Counted from the first letter of the stretch, positions 35,963-46,271 are shown. The stretch is DNA of 64,000 bases from Candidatus Peregrinibacteria bacterium (GCA_963708185.1 OY970195.1:1216001-1280000); one strand, 5' to 3'. Numbers and translations are program-made. Notes: a model not told the origin generated them from the sequence alone.

Positions 35963-36379
35963 TTACGATGCGAACTTCGCGTAGATGAGTTCTTTGGCTC
36001 TCTGGAGAAATAACAGCGGGGTTGCGAAGTCTTTTTCGCGGATGATGCGTTCGAGGTCGGCGTTGAATTCGTCGACGAGCCGGCCAAAGGCCGCCACGGA
36101 TTCGGGGTCGCTCCTGCGCATGATCATTTCGGCGTAGACGCCGTTTTCGCCCCACCGTTGATCAATCTTTGCGACATATTCTCCATAGTGTTCGCGGGGT
36201 TTTATTTTTTCAATAATTCCCGGGATTTCAGAAGTGACGTAGCCGAGGGTGCTCCAGATGTTCATGGTGTCGTGGTCGAGTTTGTAGCCGTCGTTGAATC
36301 GTTCTTCGGCGTATTGATAGAGTTCAGAATGGGTTTTTCGTTCTTGATCGTCGGCGTGGGGTGAATTTTCCAGAGGCAT
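35963..36379 (-). CDS. Hypothetical protein
   Basis: 138 aa ORF with coding-like composition filling the gap between neighbours. Confidence 0.6.
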   Translation of the reverse strand: MPLENSPHADDQERKTHSELYQYAEERFNDGYKLDHDTMNIWSTLGYVTSEIPGIIEKIKPREHYGEYVAKIDQRWGENGVYAEMIMRRSDPESVAAFGRLVDEFNADLERIIREKDFATPLLFLQRAKELIYAKFAS

Positions 36380-36453
36380 GGGTTTGTGGTGAATAAGTGG
36401 AGCGGATTCTATTCGGGAGCACCTTTTTTGTCAACGGACGTTTTTTCCAACAA

Positions 36454-36482
36454 CAAGAGGCGCACTAAAAGTGCGCCTCTTG
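36454..36482. terminator. Stem-loop terminator
   Basis: CAAGAGGCGCACT-AAA-AGTGCGCCTCTTG perfect 13-bp stem downstream of 36505-36891. Confidence 0.7.
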
Positions 36483-36504
36483 GATGTTCTATTGGTCTTG
36501 CGGT

Positions 36505-36891
36505 TTAGTATGCGAGGTATGAGGCGTAGCTGAGGAAGAACCCCGCGATGAGCATGACGATCGCTCCGAAGTAGATCCATGAGCTGGATTTCATTTTCAT
36601 TACTCCGGTGATCCATTTTTCGGGAGCCAGGAAGAAGAAAAGCCCTTTGATGAAAAAGCCCCAGCCGGTCAGGGTGATGAGGAGCCAGAGGTTCCAGGCC
36701 CAGACGTTGTAGATGTTGATGAAGATGAGACCCAGAATGAGCGAAAGGAGTGAAAACGAGAAGAGCTGGTAGTGGTCTTTTTCGAACTTATCGACCAAGC
36801 GCAGCCAGGACTTCGCGTAAAACAATACCGAAAGGCCGAGCACCAGATACATTGGCCCGATAATACGTGCGAGCATTGAAGCATTATCCAT
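36505..36891 (-). CDS. Hypothetical four-TM membrane protein
   Basis: LARIIGP, LITLTGW..IKG...LAP; hydrophobic. Confidence 0.7.
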   Translation of the reverse strand: MDNASMLARIIGPMYLVLGLSVLFYAKSWLRLVDKFEKDHYQLFSFSLLSLILGLIFINIYNVWAWNLWLLITLTGWGFFIKGLFFFLAPEKWITGVMKMKSSSWIYFGAIVMLIAGFFLSYASYLAY

Positions 36892-36993
36892 AAGGAGGGG
36901 TGGTTAGGGAATAATGTCTTTACGCCATGGTAGCACTGTTTGCGGGAACAAGCATCAACCTTCCAGAATTTGTGCGGTTTTCCCACGTTTTCC

Positions 36994-37482
36994 TCAGGCG
37001 ACCTTGATTTTGTCGAAGAGGGCGATGAACTGTGTGAGTTCCTTCTGCGTGAGGGCCTTGAAGGCGGGGCAGACGGTTTTCTGGTAGTTTTTTTTGAACT
37101 GTTCGAACTTTTTTTGCGCGGACGGGGTGAGGGTGATCTTGATGCTGCGGCGGTCCTTGGGGTCTTCGGTGCGTTTGACGAGTTTTTTGGTGACGAGGTT
37201 GTTGACGAACTGGGTGATGGCGCCGGGGGTGACGTTCATAAAGGAAGCGAGTTCTTTGACCGAGGTGCCGGCTCCGTCATTCGTTTTGGAGATGAAGAAC
37301 AGGAGCATGACCTGCGGTCTGCCCAGTTTGTATTCGCCAAAGGGATAGCCGTGGCCGGCGTGGAGTGAACGCATCGTCATCATCATTTTTTTGATGAGGG
37401 CGTGGACGAGTTCGTCGCGCGATGTAACGGTTTTGGCGGGTTTTGCGCCAGATTTTGTCGTGGCTTTGGTGGGTTTTGGCAT
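36994..37482 (-). CDS. MarR family transcriptional regulator
   Basis: SVKELASFMNVTPGAITQFVNNLVTKKLVKRTEDPKDRRSIKITLT. Confidence 0.92.
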   Translation of the reverse strand: MPKPTKATTKSGAKPAKTVTSRDELVHALIKKMMMTMRSLHAGHGYPFGEYKLGRPQVMLLFFISKTNDGAGTSVKELASFMNVTPGAITQFVNNLVTKKLVKRTEDPKDRRSIKITLTPSAQKKFEQFKKNYQKTVCPAFKALTQKELTQFIALFDKIKVA

Positions 37483-37525
37483 GGCGATGTGGTGTTAAGT
37501 GACGGGTTTGGTTCCGCTACCGGTT

Positions 37526-39310
37526 TTAACTTTCACGCTTGCCGTGCAAGAGCATCTCTACCGCGTGTTCCATCGAGCCGGCTTTGATGATCTCGCCGGA
37601 ATTGACAAAGCAGATTTCGTCGGCGTTGCTGATGGTGTTGAGGCGATGCGCGATGATGACCTTGGTGGTTTCTTCGGGAAGTTTCCTGAGGATCTCTTCG
37701 AGGAGCTGTTCGGTCACGGTGTCGATGTTGGCGGTGGCTTCGTCGAGGATGAGGATTTCGGGTTTTCTGAGCACCGAGCGGATGAAGGCGATGAGCTGTT
37801 TTTGGCCCAGGCTGATGGCGTCGCCGCCGCCGGCTAGGTTGGTTTCCAGGCCGTTTTCAAAGCGCGCGAGCAGGTTGGTGAGTCCGGCTTTTTCGATGAT
37901 CTCGCGGAGTTCCTCGTTCGTGCACTGTTGGTACTCTTCGTTGCCGTAGAGGATGTTGTCGCGGACGGTGCCGGCAAAAAGGAAAGGTTCCTGGAGGATG
38001 AAGCCGATGCTGCGCGTGCGGTCGCCCGGTTCGTAGGCGCGGATGTCCTTGCCGTTGAGGAGGATGGTTCCTTCGGTTGGGTCGTAGAGCCTTGCCATGA
38101 GCGAGGCGGTGGTGGTTTTTCCTCCGCCGGTCGGTCCCACGAGGGCGTAGGTTTTGCCCTTCCTGAGGGTGAGATCGATGTTCTTGAGTACGGTCTTGCC
38201 GCCGGGGTAGGCGAAAGACACATCCTTGAATTCGAGGAGATTTTCGGGTGTTGTTCCCTTGGCTTCAATGACGTCCATGTTGGATTTCAATGCGAGCACT
38301 TCCGAAATGCGGTCGAGGCCGGCCATGGCGATCTGGAATGAAGACCAGACGGCCGCCAGCTGGCGGAGCGGGTTGTAGAAATTGTTGACGTAAATGAAGA
38401 AGCCGATGAGCAGACCCACGGTGAGGTTGCCGGAAAGGATGAGCGTGATGCCGTAGGCGAGGACGATGAGCTGGGCCAGGTTGGAGGCCAGTCCGTAAAT
38501 GGGGATGAAGATGTTGCTGGCGATGCCGGCCTTGACCGAGGCACCGAAGTTTTTCTGGTTGGCTTCGTTGAATTTTTCGCGGAAGTAATCTTTGCGGTTG
38601 AAGGCGACGATGACTTTATAGTTTTCGATGCTTTCCTGGATCTCTCCGCTCATGCTGCCGAGGCTCTGAAGGCTGGCGAGGTTTACTTTCTTGACCCACC
38701 CCGAAAGGAACTGGGTGACGATGAGCACTCCGAGGGCGGGGACGAGCGCGGCGGCGCCGAGCTTGATGTTGAGCGAGAGCAGGAAGATGCCCGTGCCGGT
38801 GATCATGAAAAGGCTTCCGATAAGCTGCATCAACGCCTGCGCGAAGAACTGGTTGATCTTGTCGGTGTCGTTGTTCATTCTGGAAATGAGATCACCGGCC
38901 TTGTTCTCGTTGAAGAAGGCCACGGGGAGTTCCTGGAGTTTGTTGAAAATGGCGTTGCGGAGGTTGAAGATGACCCTGCGTCCGATGCCGCCCATGGTCG
39001 AGGTCTGAAGGTAGCTGGCAACGAGTCCGCAGAGGTAGATCACGAGGAGGATGCCCGAAATGGCGAGGAGGCCCTGGTAGTTTCCGGTCTGGATATACTG
39101 GTCGATGGCGTAACTGATGATGATCGGAGCGACGAGATTGGACGCCGAGTTGATGATGATGGAGACGAACGCCACGGCGAGGTTTTTCTTCTCATGTTTG
39201 AGTAAAGGCAGCAGGTTTTTGAGCGCGGACATCATGGTGCGCGCGGTTTTGCCTTTGCCCTTCGGGCCTTTGGGTCCGGGCTGCTGCGATTTGGTCAGCT
39301 GGTAGTTCAT
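37526..39310 (-). CDS. Multidrug-type ABC exporter, fused permease/ATPase (consensus-site subunit)
   Basis: GPTGGGKTT, ISLGQKQ, LILDEATANID, IAHRL. Confidence 0.92.
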   Translation of the reverse strand: MNYQLTKSQQPGPKGPKGKGKTARTMMSALKNLLPLLKHEKKNLAVAFVSIIINSASNLVAPIIISYAIDQYIQTGNYQGLLAISGILLVIYLCGLVASYLQTSTMGGIGRRVIFNLRNAIFNKLQELPVAFFNENKAGDLISRMNNDTDKINQFFAQALMQLIGSLFMITGTGIFLLSLNIKLGAAALVPALGVLIVTQFLSGWVKKVNLASLQSLGSMSGEIQESIENYKVIVAFNRKDYFREKFNEANQKNFGASVKAGIASNIFIPIYGLASNLAQLIVLAYGITLILSGNLTVGLLIGFFIYVNNFYNPLRQLAAVWSSFQIAMAGLDRISEVLALKSNMDVIEAKGTTPENLLEFKDVSFAYPGGKTVLKNIDLTLRKGKTYALVGPTGGGKTTTASLMARLYDPTEGTILLNGKDIRAYEPGDRTRSIGFILQEPFLFAGTVRDNILYGNEEYQQCTNEELREIIEKAGLTNLLARFENGLETNLAGGGDAISLGQKQLIAFIRSVLRKPEILILDEATANIDTVTEQLLEEILRKLPEETTKVIIAHRLNTISNADEICFVNSGEIIKAGSMEHAVEMLLHGKRES

Positions 39311-39318
39311 GAGTATTA

Positions 39319-41058
39319 TTATTCGTAGTTGTTGGTACTCCGTTGCGAGTTATAGATCTGGTTGTATTCCGGCGACGTTTCCATGAGTTTGCGGTGCGTG
39401 CCGGTGGCCACGAGTTCGCCTTCCATCAGGAGGACGATCTGGTCGTAGTGTTCGATCGGGGCGATTTTCTGCGTCACGGAAATGAGGGTGAGGTCGGGAT
39501 AGTTTTTCTGGACGTTGTCGAGGATCTTTTTTTCGGTCTTGTTGTCGACGCGCGCGGTGAAGTCGTCGAGGAGCAGGACTTTGGGGTTGAGGGCGAGCGC
39601 GCGGGCCAGCATGATGCGCTGTTTTTGCCCTCCCGAAAGACTGGTGCCGCGTTCGGACACCACGGTGTCGAGTTTGTCGGGCAGTGAATCGACGAAGTCG
39701 TTGAGTTCGGCGGTTTCGATGGCTTTTTCAAGATCTTTGTCTTTGACCGTGTTGCTGAAGGCGATGTTCTCGCGCAAAGTGAGATTGAAAATGATGCTGT
39801 CCTGAAAGACGAAGCCGACCTGCCGGTGGAGGGCTTCTTTCTGGTACTTGTCGATGTCCTCGCCGTCGTATTCGATGATGCCGGCGGTGGGTTCAAGGAG
39901 CCCGGTGAGGAGGTAGAGGAGCTGGGTTTTTCCGGCGGCGGTTGGTCCGATGACGGCGGTCTTGGTCCCCGCTTTGGCGGTGAAAGAAACGTCTTTGAGT
40001 GCGCTTTTTTCTCCGTAGGTCACGGTGATGTTCCTGGCCGAGACGTCGCCGTGCAGACGCGCGGTGATGTCTCCGGTGTCTTTTTTATGTTCGGCGGTGA
40101 GGACTTCGGCGATGCGCTGGTACGAAGCCGCGGAGCGGGCGATGACGTTGCTCATGAAGCCGATGATGATGATGGGGAAGATCAGGATTGCGAGGTAGCT
40201 GTTGAATGCGGTGAAGTTTCCAAGCGTCATGCTTCCGGAGATGACGAAATGTCCGCCGAGCGTCAGAATGATGAGCGTGGCGAGGTTCGTGGAGAACATG
40301 ATGACCGGGATGAGACTCGCGAAAAGGTTGACGATGCTCAGGCCGATATCTTTGGCTTCGGTGTTGGCCACGAGGAATTTCTGATATTCATACTGCTGCG
40401 AATTGAGGATGCGGATGAGGGCGGCACCGAGAATGCTTTCGTTGATGACCTTGTTGAGCCAGTCTATGTTTTCCTGGGATTTTTTGAAAAGCTGGCGCAC
40501 CTTTCTCAACACTAAAAAGAACGTGGTCCCAATGATGGGAACCATGACGAGGACGGCGAGACCGAGCTGCCAGTTCGTGATCAACAGCAGCGTGCTGGCG
40601 CCCACGATCAGAAACACCGAGGAGATGATGGAGGCGATGGCCTGCGACACGAAGGTTTTGACGTTGTCGGCGTCCGAGGTGAGATTGGTGAGGAGTTTTG
40701 AGGGCGTTGCACTCTGGATGTAGGCGTAATCCTGTTTTGAAATTTTTTCGGCGAGTTTTCGGCGCAGATCCCTGGCCACAAGTTCGGAGGTGTAGGTCTG
40801 GACGATGCTCTGGAGATAGGTGAAAATAAAGATCAGCACCGCGACGACCGCGAACTGGATGATGACGGTCTGCAGGGCAAAATTGCCGTTGGTGAAGCTG
40901 TCGATGCCCCCCGCGATGATCTGGGGCACGGCGAGGTTGAGCGCGTTCGCGGCAATCGTCAGCACGACGAGCAGGGCGATCCATTTTTTATAGTCCTTGA
41001 GGAGTCCGAAGAGGCTCGGGCCGTTCGGTTTTGCGGGCGGTTTTGACTTTGTAGTCAT
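39319..41058 (-). CDS. Multidrug-type ABC exporter, fused permease/ATPase (degenerate-site subunit)
   Basis: GPTAAGKT, LSGGQKQR, Walker B LLLDDF and switch VTQK, as in TM287/288-type heterodimers. Confidence 0.92.
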   Translation of the reverse strand: MTTKSKPPAKPNGPSLFGLLKDYKKWIALLVVLTIAANALNLAVPQIIAGGIDSFTNGNFALQTVIIQFAVVAVLIFIFTYLQSIVQTYTSELVARDLRRKLAEKISKQDYAYIQSATPSKLLTNLTSDADNVKTFVSQAIASIISSVFLIVGASTLLLITNWQLGLAVLVMVPIIGTTFFLVLRKVRQLFKKSQENIDWLNKVINESILGAALIRILNSQQYEYQKFLVANTEAKDIGLSIVNLFASLIPVIMFSTNLATLIILTLGGHFVISGSMTLGNFTAFNSYLAILIFPIIIIGFMSNVIARSAASYQRIAEVLTAEHKKDTGDITARLHGDVSARNITVTYGEKSALKDVSFTAKAGTKTAVIGPTAAGKTQLLYLLTGLLEPTAGIIEYDGEDIDKYQKEALHRQVGFVFQDSIIFNLTLRENIAFSNTVKDKDLEKAIETAELNDFVDSLPDKLDTVVSERGTSLSGGQKQRIMLARALALNPKVLLLDDFTARVDNKTEKKILDNVQKNYPDLTLISVTQKIAPIEHYDQIVLLMEGELVATGTHRKLMETSPEYNQIYNSQRSTNNYE

Positions 41059-41063
41059 AAATT

Positions 41064-41110
41064 TTAGTTTAGCGCCATATTATTTTAGTTGCTAAACTAA
41101 TTTCTGTCAA
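41064..41110 (-). promoter_or_regulatory. Promoter with MarR-type operator palindrome
   Basis: Minus-strand TTGACA(41110-41105)-N17-TAAAAT; palindrome TTAGTT-gcta-AACTAA (41085-41100) and inverted copy TTAGTTTAGC at 41064. Confidence 0.75.
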
Positions 41111-41135
41111 CACCTTTCTGAACTTCTGCAGACCG

Positions 41136-41681
41136 CTAGTCAATTTTTGCGTTACGCCGATACTGGATAATAAACATTATTCCAATGAGCAGGATCGGCA
41201 TTCCAAGAGCTACGGGCAGAACTTCCCCCGGATTAAGATTTTTTTTGGGGTTCACGGTAAAGTCGGTGATGATGCTGGCAATGGGAGTGTCGTTCCCGGC
41301 TACTTCAGCTATCACGGTCAGTGCATAGACACCCGCTTTTACAAAGTGGATTTTCCAGTTTAAAGGAAGGATTTGTCCAGGAGCGATTGTGCCAATGTAG
41401 AGCCCCTTTTCGGCGCTCCAGTCTTCCAAGTCAACGGGCAGTTTATTTGCCGTGTCCACAAGGGACAGGTACGTGGTGATATTGTTGATGTTTTTTTGGG
41501 TGCTATTGGTAATTTGCCCGGTCACGGTTACGTAGTCTCCCGCGGTTCCATTGAGGGTTTTTGCCGATGAAATGGTGATATTTACAGGCATTGAACTGGC
41601 TTGCGGCCTGTTCGCAAGTGCCATAGGCGTAAGAAGCAGTTCTGCAATCAAGAGTATGATAGTTGTACCGAGTATTTTCAT
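41136..41681 (-). CDS. Exported Ig-like protein with C-terminal TM, ABC-operon associated
   Basis: Signal peptide, beta-rich body with PVDLEDWS, C-terminal TM plus RR. Confidence 0.65.
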   Translation of the reverse strand: MKILGTTIILLIAELLLTPMALANRPQASSMPVNITISSAKTLNGTAGDYVTVTGQITNSTQKNINNITTYLSLVDTANKLPVDLEDWSAEKGLYIGTIAPGQILPLNWKIHFVKAGVYALTVIAEVAGNDTPIASIITDFTVNPKKNLNPGEVLPVALGMPILLIGIMFIIQYRRNAKID

Positions 41682-41686
41682 ATCAT

Positions 41687-42454
41687 TTAGTTAGTGACAA
41701 TTCCTTTCCGCTTATACTGATGGATTCCTGCTATTAAAATTATCAACGTCAGTAAACAAAACAAAATTATTGGGACAATGAACTGCCAGTTCTGTAAGAG
41801 ATTTGTCTGATAGTCAACAAGCACATTGTCCAGTGAAGAAAAGATGTTATCAATTGGATTGATTTTGCTTACAAAATCGGCAACAGGGTTGTTTTTAAGC
41901 GTTGAAGAAAATAATGCAGGGATTGTCATGGTCAAGAGGATGATGAGCGATGTACTCATGGTGTTTTTGCTTGAGCGAAAAAGTAATGAGATACCAAGAA
42001 TGAACAGGCTGAACCCTAAAACTCCGAGAGTCCCCAGCAACAGGACGTATCCCAGGAATGGCAGAATCAACTTGCTGCCCGCTGAAGCAACGATGATGTA
42101 AGGTGCTGCGACCAGATAAACGAAGAACCACAATGTCATTGAGGCTAAAAGTTTGCCGGCAATCGTTTTTTGTAGGCTTACAGGTGTCAATAAAAGGCTC
42201 TCGGCCGTGTCTTTTTCAAATTCGCGCGTCAGGATCGAAGAAGTGTCAATTGCAACGATGAGCAACCCGACACCTATGATTATTTTCCCGAGCAGCCACA
42301 TAAGTTCGGTTTGATCGAGCAGGCTCAGCTCTTTATCGGTGAGCAGAAGGTAGCTGGTAAAGCTAAACAGTAGAGACGCGATCAGCAGCCAGACGGTACT
42401 CTTCCACGTATAGAGTTCTTCCCGGATTTCCTTGAGCCAGATATATTTAATCAT
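41687..42454 (-). CDS. ABC-2 type transporter permease
   Basis: KEIRE, REFEKDTAESLLLTPVS..IAGK; six TM. Confidence 0.85.
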   Translation of the reverse strand: MIKYIWLKEIREELYTWKSTVWLLIASLLFSFTSYLLLTDKELSLLDQTELMWLLGKIIIGVGLLIVAIDTSSILTREFEKDTAESLLLTPVSLQKTIAGKLLASMTLWFFVYLVAAPYIIVASAGSKLILPFLGYVLLLGTLGVLGFSLFILGISLLFRSSKNTMSTSLIILLTMTIPALFSSTLKNNPVADFVSKINPIDNIFSSLDNVLVDYQTNLLQNWQFIVPIILFCLLTLIILIAGIHQYKRKGIVTN

Positions 42455-43178
42455 TGCTGTTTGTTAGTGAGAGAAAGATATCTTTAAGGTCCCCATCTTT
42501 TTTATGCGTTAGATGCTGGAGATCGGCAATTGAACCGGATGCAACCACTTTTCCGCGGTTGATGATCGCGATTCGGGAGCAGAGCATCGAAACCTCGTGG
42601 AGCAAGTGTGAGGAGAAAAAGATGGTTGTCCCCTGTTTGTTCAGGTCAAGGAGCAGTTTTTGTATATCTTCCTGACCTTTTGGATCGAGTCCCAGCGTTG
42701 GTTCATCGAGGAATAGAATTTTTGGACTGTTGATGAGCGCCCTGGCGAGACCAAGGCGCTGTTTCATCCCGCGCGAATACGTTCCAATTTTTCTTTTTTT
42801 ACGTTCAGTCAAAGATACCCAATTTAAAAGTTTGTCCACGTTCTCAGTGCTACTAGGCATACTGTATAACTGGGCGAAAAAGGCTAAGTATTCTTCCCCC
42901 GTCATCCATTCGTAAAAGCCGCGGCTTTCGGGCATTACGCCTATAATACGTGAGATCTCATCTTTCTTGCCGATAGGCAGCCCATTGATGGAAATTGTGC
43001 CGCGGTCCGGCGGAATCATACCTGTCAGCATCCTGATGGTCGTTGTTTTCCCGGCGCCGTTCGGACCCAGAAAACCAAAAAATTCACCTTCAGAGATTTC
43101 CAGCGTAAGATCGTCCACCGCTTGGGTGTGGTCGTAGGATTTAAAAAGGTTTTGAGCTGACAAAACAATTTTTTTCAT
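42447..43178 (-). CDS. ABC transporter ATP-binding protein
   Basis: GPNGAGKTT, YSRGMKQR, LFLDEPTLGLDP, SSHLL. Confidence 0.95.
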   Translation of the reverse strand: MKKIVLSAQNLFKSYDHTQAVDDLTLEISEGEFFGFLGPNGAGKTTTIRMLTGMIPPDRGTISINGLPIGKKDEISRIIGVMPESRGFYEWMTGEEYLAFFAQLYSMPSSTENVDKLLNWVSLTERKKRKIGTYSRGMKQRLGLARALINSPKILFLDEPTLGLDPKGQEDIQKLLLDLNKQGTTIFFSSHLLHEVSMLCSRIAIINRGKVVASGSIADLQHLTHKKDGDLKDIFLSLTNSND

Positions 43179-43182
43179 AGAT

Positions 43183-43374
43183 TTAGCGGTGAGGTGGTTT
43201 ACGCGGTATGCTCCAAAAAATATTTATCAGTAAGCTTGCAGCACCGACAATCACCAGGAACCAGCTTACAAAGAAATTAATGACCGTCTGATTGTCCGGG
43301 ACATCATTAAAGTAGTTTAAATAAAGACCGGCGATGATGACGATGAATGATATGACCAAAAAGCCTTGTTTCAT
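43183..43374 (-). CDS. Small two-TM membrane protein
   Basis: 63 aa, tightly spaced in operon. Confidence 0.6.
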   Translation of the reverse strand: MKQGFLVISFIVIIAGLYLNYFNDVPDNQTVINFFVSWFLVIVGAASLLINIFWSIPRKPPHR

Positions 43375-43381
43375 AGATTTA

Positions 43382-43996
43382 TTAGTTATTCTCCCAGTTG
43401 AAGCTGTTATTTATTATGGTGAACATTGGCGAGAACTGTCCAAACGCTTCAAGATTTGTCGAGAATGATGTGAAGGCGGCTCTGTCCGGGCCGGTGATAT
43501 ATGTTGAAAGATTTTTTTTCACGGCATCATTGTCGCTGTATTGGTACGTGAGTTGATAGGCTTCGTTTCCGTTGATGGTTGTCTTCCGGTAGTCTATACG
43601 TTTATATCCCTTAAGAGTTTTTGTTAAGAGCGGCTCTTCCTGGCTTAAGATAAAGAGTTCCAATGTTGAATTGTCAGGAACATCCTGGAGTTGGATTTTG
43701 CCGTTCCCGGCGGCAAATGTTGTTTCGAAACTTCCGGCGGTTTGCCCAGAGGTTAAATCCCAATTGTCAGGCACTTTAAAAGTATAGAAGTTTTCTTTCA
43801 TGTCTTTGTTGTGATAGACGCTGAACGTGATTTTTTGTTGGCTGACGGCCAGTTGTTCTGTGGTTTGGGGCCGGAGCGATGCTGGATCTTTTACGTACAT
43901 TTGATTGGTGCCGGCGAAGGGGCCAAACGAGAAGAGCGTTAAAATAACCAAGGCAATGATGGTCAGCACGATGACTGCTATGACTTTTTTGTTCAT
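43382..43996 (-). CDS. Membrane-anchored PsbP/DcrB-like protein
   Basis: N-terminal TM; YTFKVPDNW, TTINGNEAYQLTY, IINNSFNW pattern. Confidence 0.55.
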   Translation of the reverse strand: MNKKVIAVIVLTIIALVILTLFSFGPFAGTNQMYVKDPASLRPQTTEQLAVSQQKITFSVYHNKDMKENFYTFKVPDNWDLTSGQTAGSFETTFAAGNGKIQLQDVPDNSTLELFILSQEEPLLTKTLKGYKRIDYRKTTINGNEAYQLTYQYSDNDAVKKNLSTYITGPDRAAFTSFSTNLEAFGQFSPMFTIINNSFNWENN

Positions 43997-44036
43997 AACT
44001 CTACAGGTGATATGGTGCTTTTATACTCCCGGTTTG

Positions 44037-44052
44037 TGAATTTTTTATGAAG
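44037..44052 (-). promoter_or_regulatory. OmpR/PhoB-type tandem box 1
   Basis: Minus-strand CTTCAtaaaaaaTTCA (11-bp period), TATAAA 11 nt downstream. Confidence 0.65.
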
Positions 44053-44113
44053 ATTTCGACATAAAATCAACTTGAGGAAATCGATGATAACCATTTAGGT
44101 GTATGATACTTTC

Positions 44114-44581
44114 ATGAATGATATTTTTATTTTTGGAGCACAATACCTTTTTCTTTTTATACCGGTTTTTGCTTTTGTTTATTTCTTAAATCAAAAACCC
44201 GAGAACAGAAAAAAGATTTTTTTGCTGGCCGTTTTTGCTCTGCCTGCGGTTTTTATTATGGGGAAAGTTGCGGCATTTTTTTATTATGACACCCGGCCGT
44301 TCTTGGCGAATCATTTTACTCCAGCTATACCTTCAGCGACGGATAACGGTTTTCCTTCGGACCATACCCTTTTGTCCGCTGCAATTGCATCTGTAATCTC
44401 TTTTTTTAGCCGTAAACTCGGGATTTTGTTATGGGCACTCACTGGTTTTGTAGGGATTTCAAGGGTTTATGTCGGTGTCCACTCCCCCCAAGACATTCTT
44501 GGCAGTATCATTATTGCCGCTTTTTTTACATGGTTAATGTCGAAGTTTACAAGATGTTATTTCTTCACAAAAACTTCATAA
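44114..44581 (+). CDS. PAP2 family phosphatase (BcrC-like undecaprenyl-PP phosphatase)
   Basis: RPF, GFPSDH, SRVYVGVHSPQD; ATG 44114 lies 6 nt after TATGAT. Confidence 0.85.
   Translation: MNDIFIFGAQYLFLFIPVFAFVYFLNQKPENRKKIFLLAVFALPAVFIMGKVAAFFYYDTRPFLANHFTPAIPSATDNGFPSDHTLLSAAIASVISFFSRKLGILLWALTGFVGISRVYVGVHSPQDILGSIIIAAFFTWLMSKFTRCYFFTKTS
44563..44578 (+). promoter_or_regulatory. OmpR/PhoB-type tandem box 2 (autoregulatory)
   Basis: CTTCAcaaaaaCTTCA upstream of the response regulator. Confidence 0.65.
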
Positions 44582-44605
44582 GATTTTTCTATATATAGTA
44601 GCACT

Positions 44606-45280
44606 ATGAGAATTATTATTGTCGAAGATCAGAAAAAGCTTGCTCTTTCTCTCCGGCGGGGATTGGGACAGAACGGTTATGCGGTCGATACTTTTTTTGA
44701 TGGAGAAGCTGCGTTGCATCGTTTGGAGCACAGCAGCAAGGATTATGATCTCGTTATTCTTGACATTATGTTGCCAAAGATGGATGGAATTACAGTGTGT
44801 AAAAAATTGAGAGAAGATAAAATTTTTCTGCCAGTCCTTATGTTGACCGCTAAGGATACAGTTGATGACCGTATCCTGGGGCTGGATGCAGGAGCGGACG
44901 ACTATTTGATTAAACCTTTTTCTTTTGATGAGCTTTTGGCGCGCGTTCGAGCTTTGCTCCGAAGGCCGAAAAGCTCACTCGCGTGTGAACTCAAAATCAA
45001 GGATCTCGTTTTAAATACGGTGACACGGAAGGTGTTTCAGGGGAAAAGGGAAATAAACCTCACTTTAAAGGAATTTTCGATTCTTGAATACTTCATGCGT
45101 AACCCCAATCAAGTTCTCACCCGTGAACAAATCCTTAATCATGTGTGGGATTTTTCTTTTGATTCTTTGAGTAATGTGGTAGATGTTCATCTTAAGAACC
45201 TTCGTAAAAAATTAGAAGCACACAAGCATGAAGCATTTATTGAAACCGTTCACGGGGTGGGCTACAGACTTCAAGACTAA
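44606..45280 (+). CDS. OmpR/PhoB family response regulator
   Basis: IVEDQ, LDIMLPKMDG, LTAKD, GADDYLIKPF, SNVVDVH, IETVHGVGY. Confidence 0.95.
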   Translation: MRIIIVEDQKKLALSLRRGLGQNGYAVDTFFDGEAALHRLEHSSKDYDLVILDIMLPKMDGITVCKKLREDKIFLPVLMLTAKDTVDDRILGLDAGADDYLIKPFSFDELLARVRALLRRPKSSLACELKIKDLVLNTVTRKVFQGKREINLTLKEFSILEYFMRNPNQVLTREQILNHVWDFSFDSLSNVVDVHLKNLRKKLEAHKHEAFIETVHGVGYRLQD

Positions 45281-46253
45281 TGTCTTTAAGGCGGCGAGGA
45301 TTCGTCTCACGCTTTACTATATTTTTGTCATGGTTATTGTCGTTGGGATTTTCAGTGGAATGCTTTATGTAACGCTTGAAAAAAATATCAGGGATTCCAT
45401 CGAGGAAAATGTGGGGGATCAAAACGTCCAAGTTGAAACCGTCACGGCAACCGTTGACCGTTTGAGGATCACTTTTTTCGTTTTAGACGGTCTCATTCTG
45501 TTGTTGATAAGTGCTCTGAGTTATGTCCTTGCTGGCGAGACGCTTCAGCCCATTGTAAAGGCGCTTGATGCACAGAAGCGGTTTAGTGCTGACGCATCGC
45601 ATGACTTGAGGACTCCCCTTGCTATTATGCGTACTGATATAGAAGTGACGCTGAATGAAAAGCATGACTCTTCTGCCCACTTGAAGAAGACGCTCGAAAG
45701 TAATTTGGAGGAAGTGGAACGTATGTCTGACCTGATTGAGAACCTTCTTCTGCTTTCAAGGCTTGATAGCGGAAAAGTTTCCGGAGCAGCCGTAAAATTT
45801 GAGCTTGGTGATTTTGTTCAAAAAATTGTTGGAAGATTTAAAGAGCAGGCAAGAGTAAAACGAATAGCCTTGAGAATGGATAAGAAAGACAATGGCAGTA
45901 TCGTAGGCGTTCAGTCGGATCTGGGGAGAGCTTTCTACAATATTTTGCAAAATGCCCTTCACTATACTCCGAGCCGGGGAAAGATTTTCGTTGAAGTTTT
46001 GAAAGAAAAGGACCATATGAGTGTTGTAATCATCGATAATGGAGTTGGGATTGATAAAAAAGATTTACCTTTTGTGTTTGATCGTTTTTTCAAGGCATCG
46101 AATTCAAGAAACGAATATGCCGGCGGATCAGGGCTCGGATTGCCTATAGCTCAGGAGATTATCAAGGCACACCATGGGACAATTTCTCTTCAGAGTCATA
46201 CAGGCAAAGGAACAAGGGTGAACATTAGTCTGCCACTTTCCGTTATGGCTTAA
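45228..46253 (+). CDS. Sensor histidine kinase
   Basis: Two TM; ASHDLRTPL, NILQNALHY, DNGVGI, GGSGLGL. Confidence 0.95.
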   Translation: MKHLLKPFTGWATDFKTNVFKAARIRLTLYYIFVMVIVVGIFSGMLYVTLEKNIRDSIEENVGDQNVQVETVTATVDRLRITFFVLDGLILLLISALSYVLAGETLQPIVKALDAQKRFSADASHDLRTPLAIMRTDIEVTLNEKHDSSAHLKKTLESNLEEVERMSDLIENLLLLSRLDSGKVSGAAVKFELGDFVQKIVGRFKEQARVKRIALRMDKKDNGSIVGVQSDLGRAFYNILQNALHYTPSRGKIFVEVLKEKDHMSVVIIDNGVGIDKKDLPFVFDRFFKASNSRNEYAGGSGLGLPIAQEIIKAHHGTISLQSHTGKGTRVNISLPLSVMA

Positions 46254-46255
46254 AA

Positions 46256-46271
46256 GTTCATCATAACTTCA
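46256..46271 (+). promoter_or_regulatory. OmpR/PhoB-type tandem box 3
   Basis: GTTCAtcataaCTTCA, TACCAT 11 nt downstream. Confidence 0.6.
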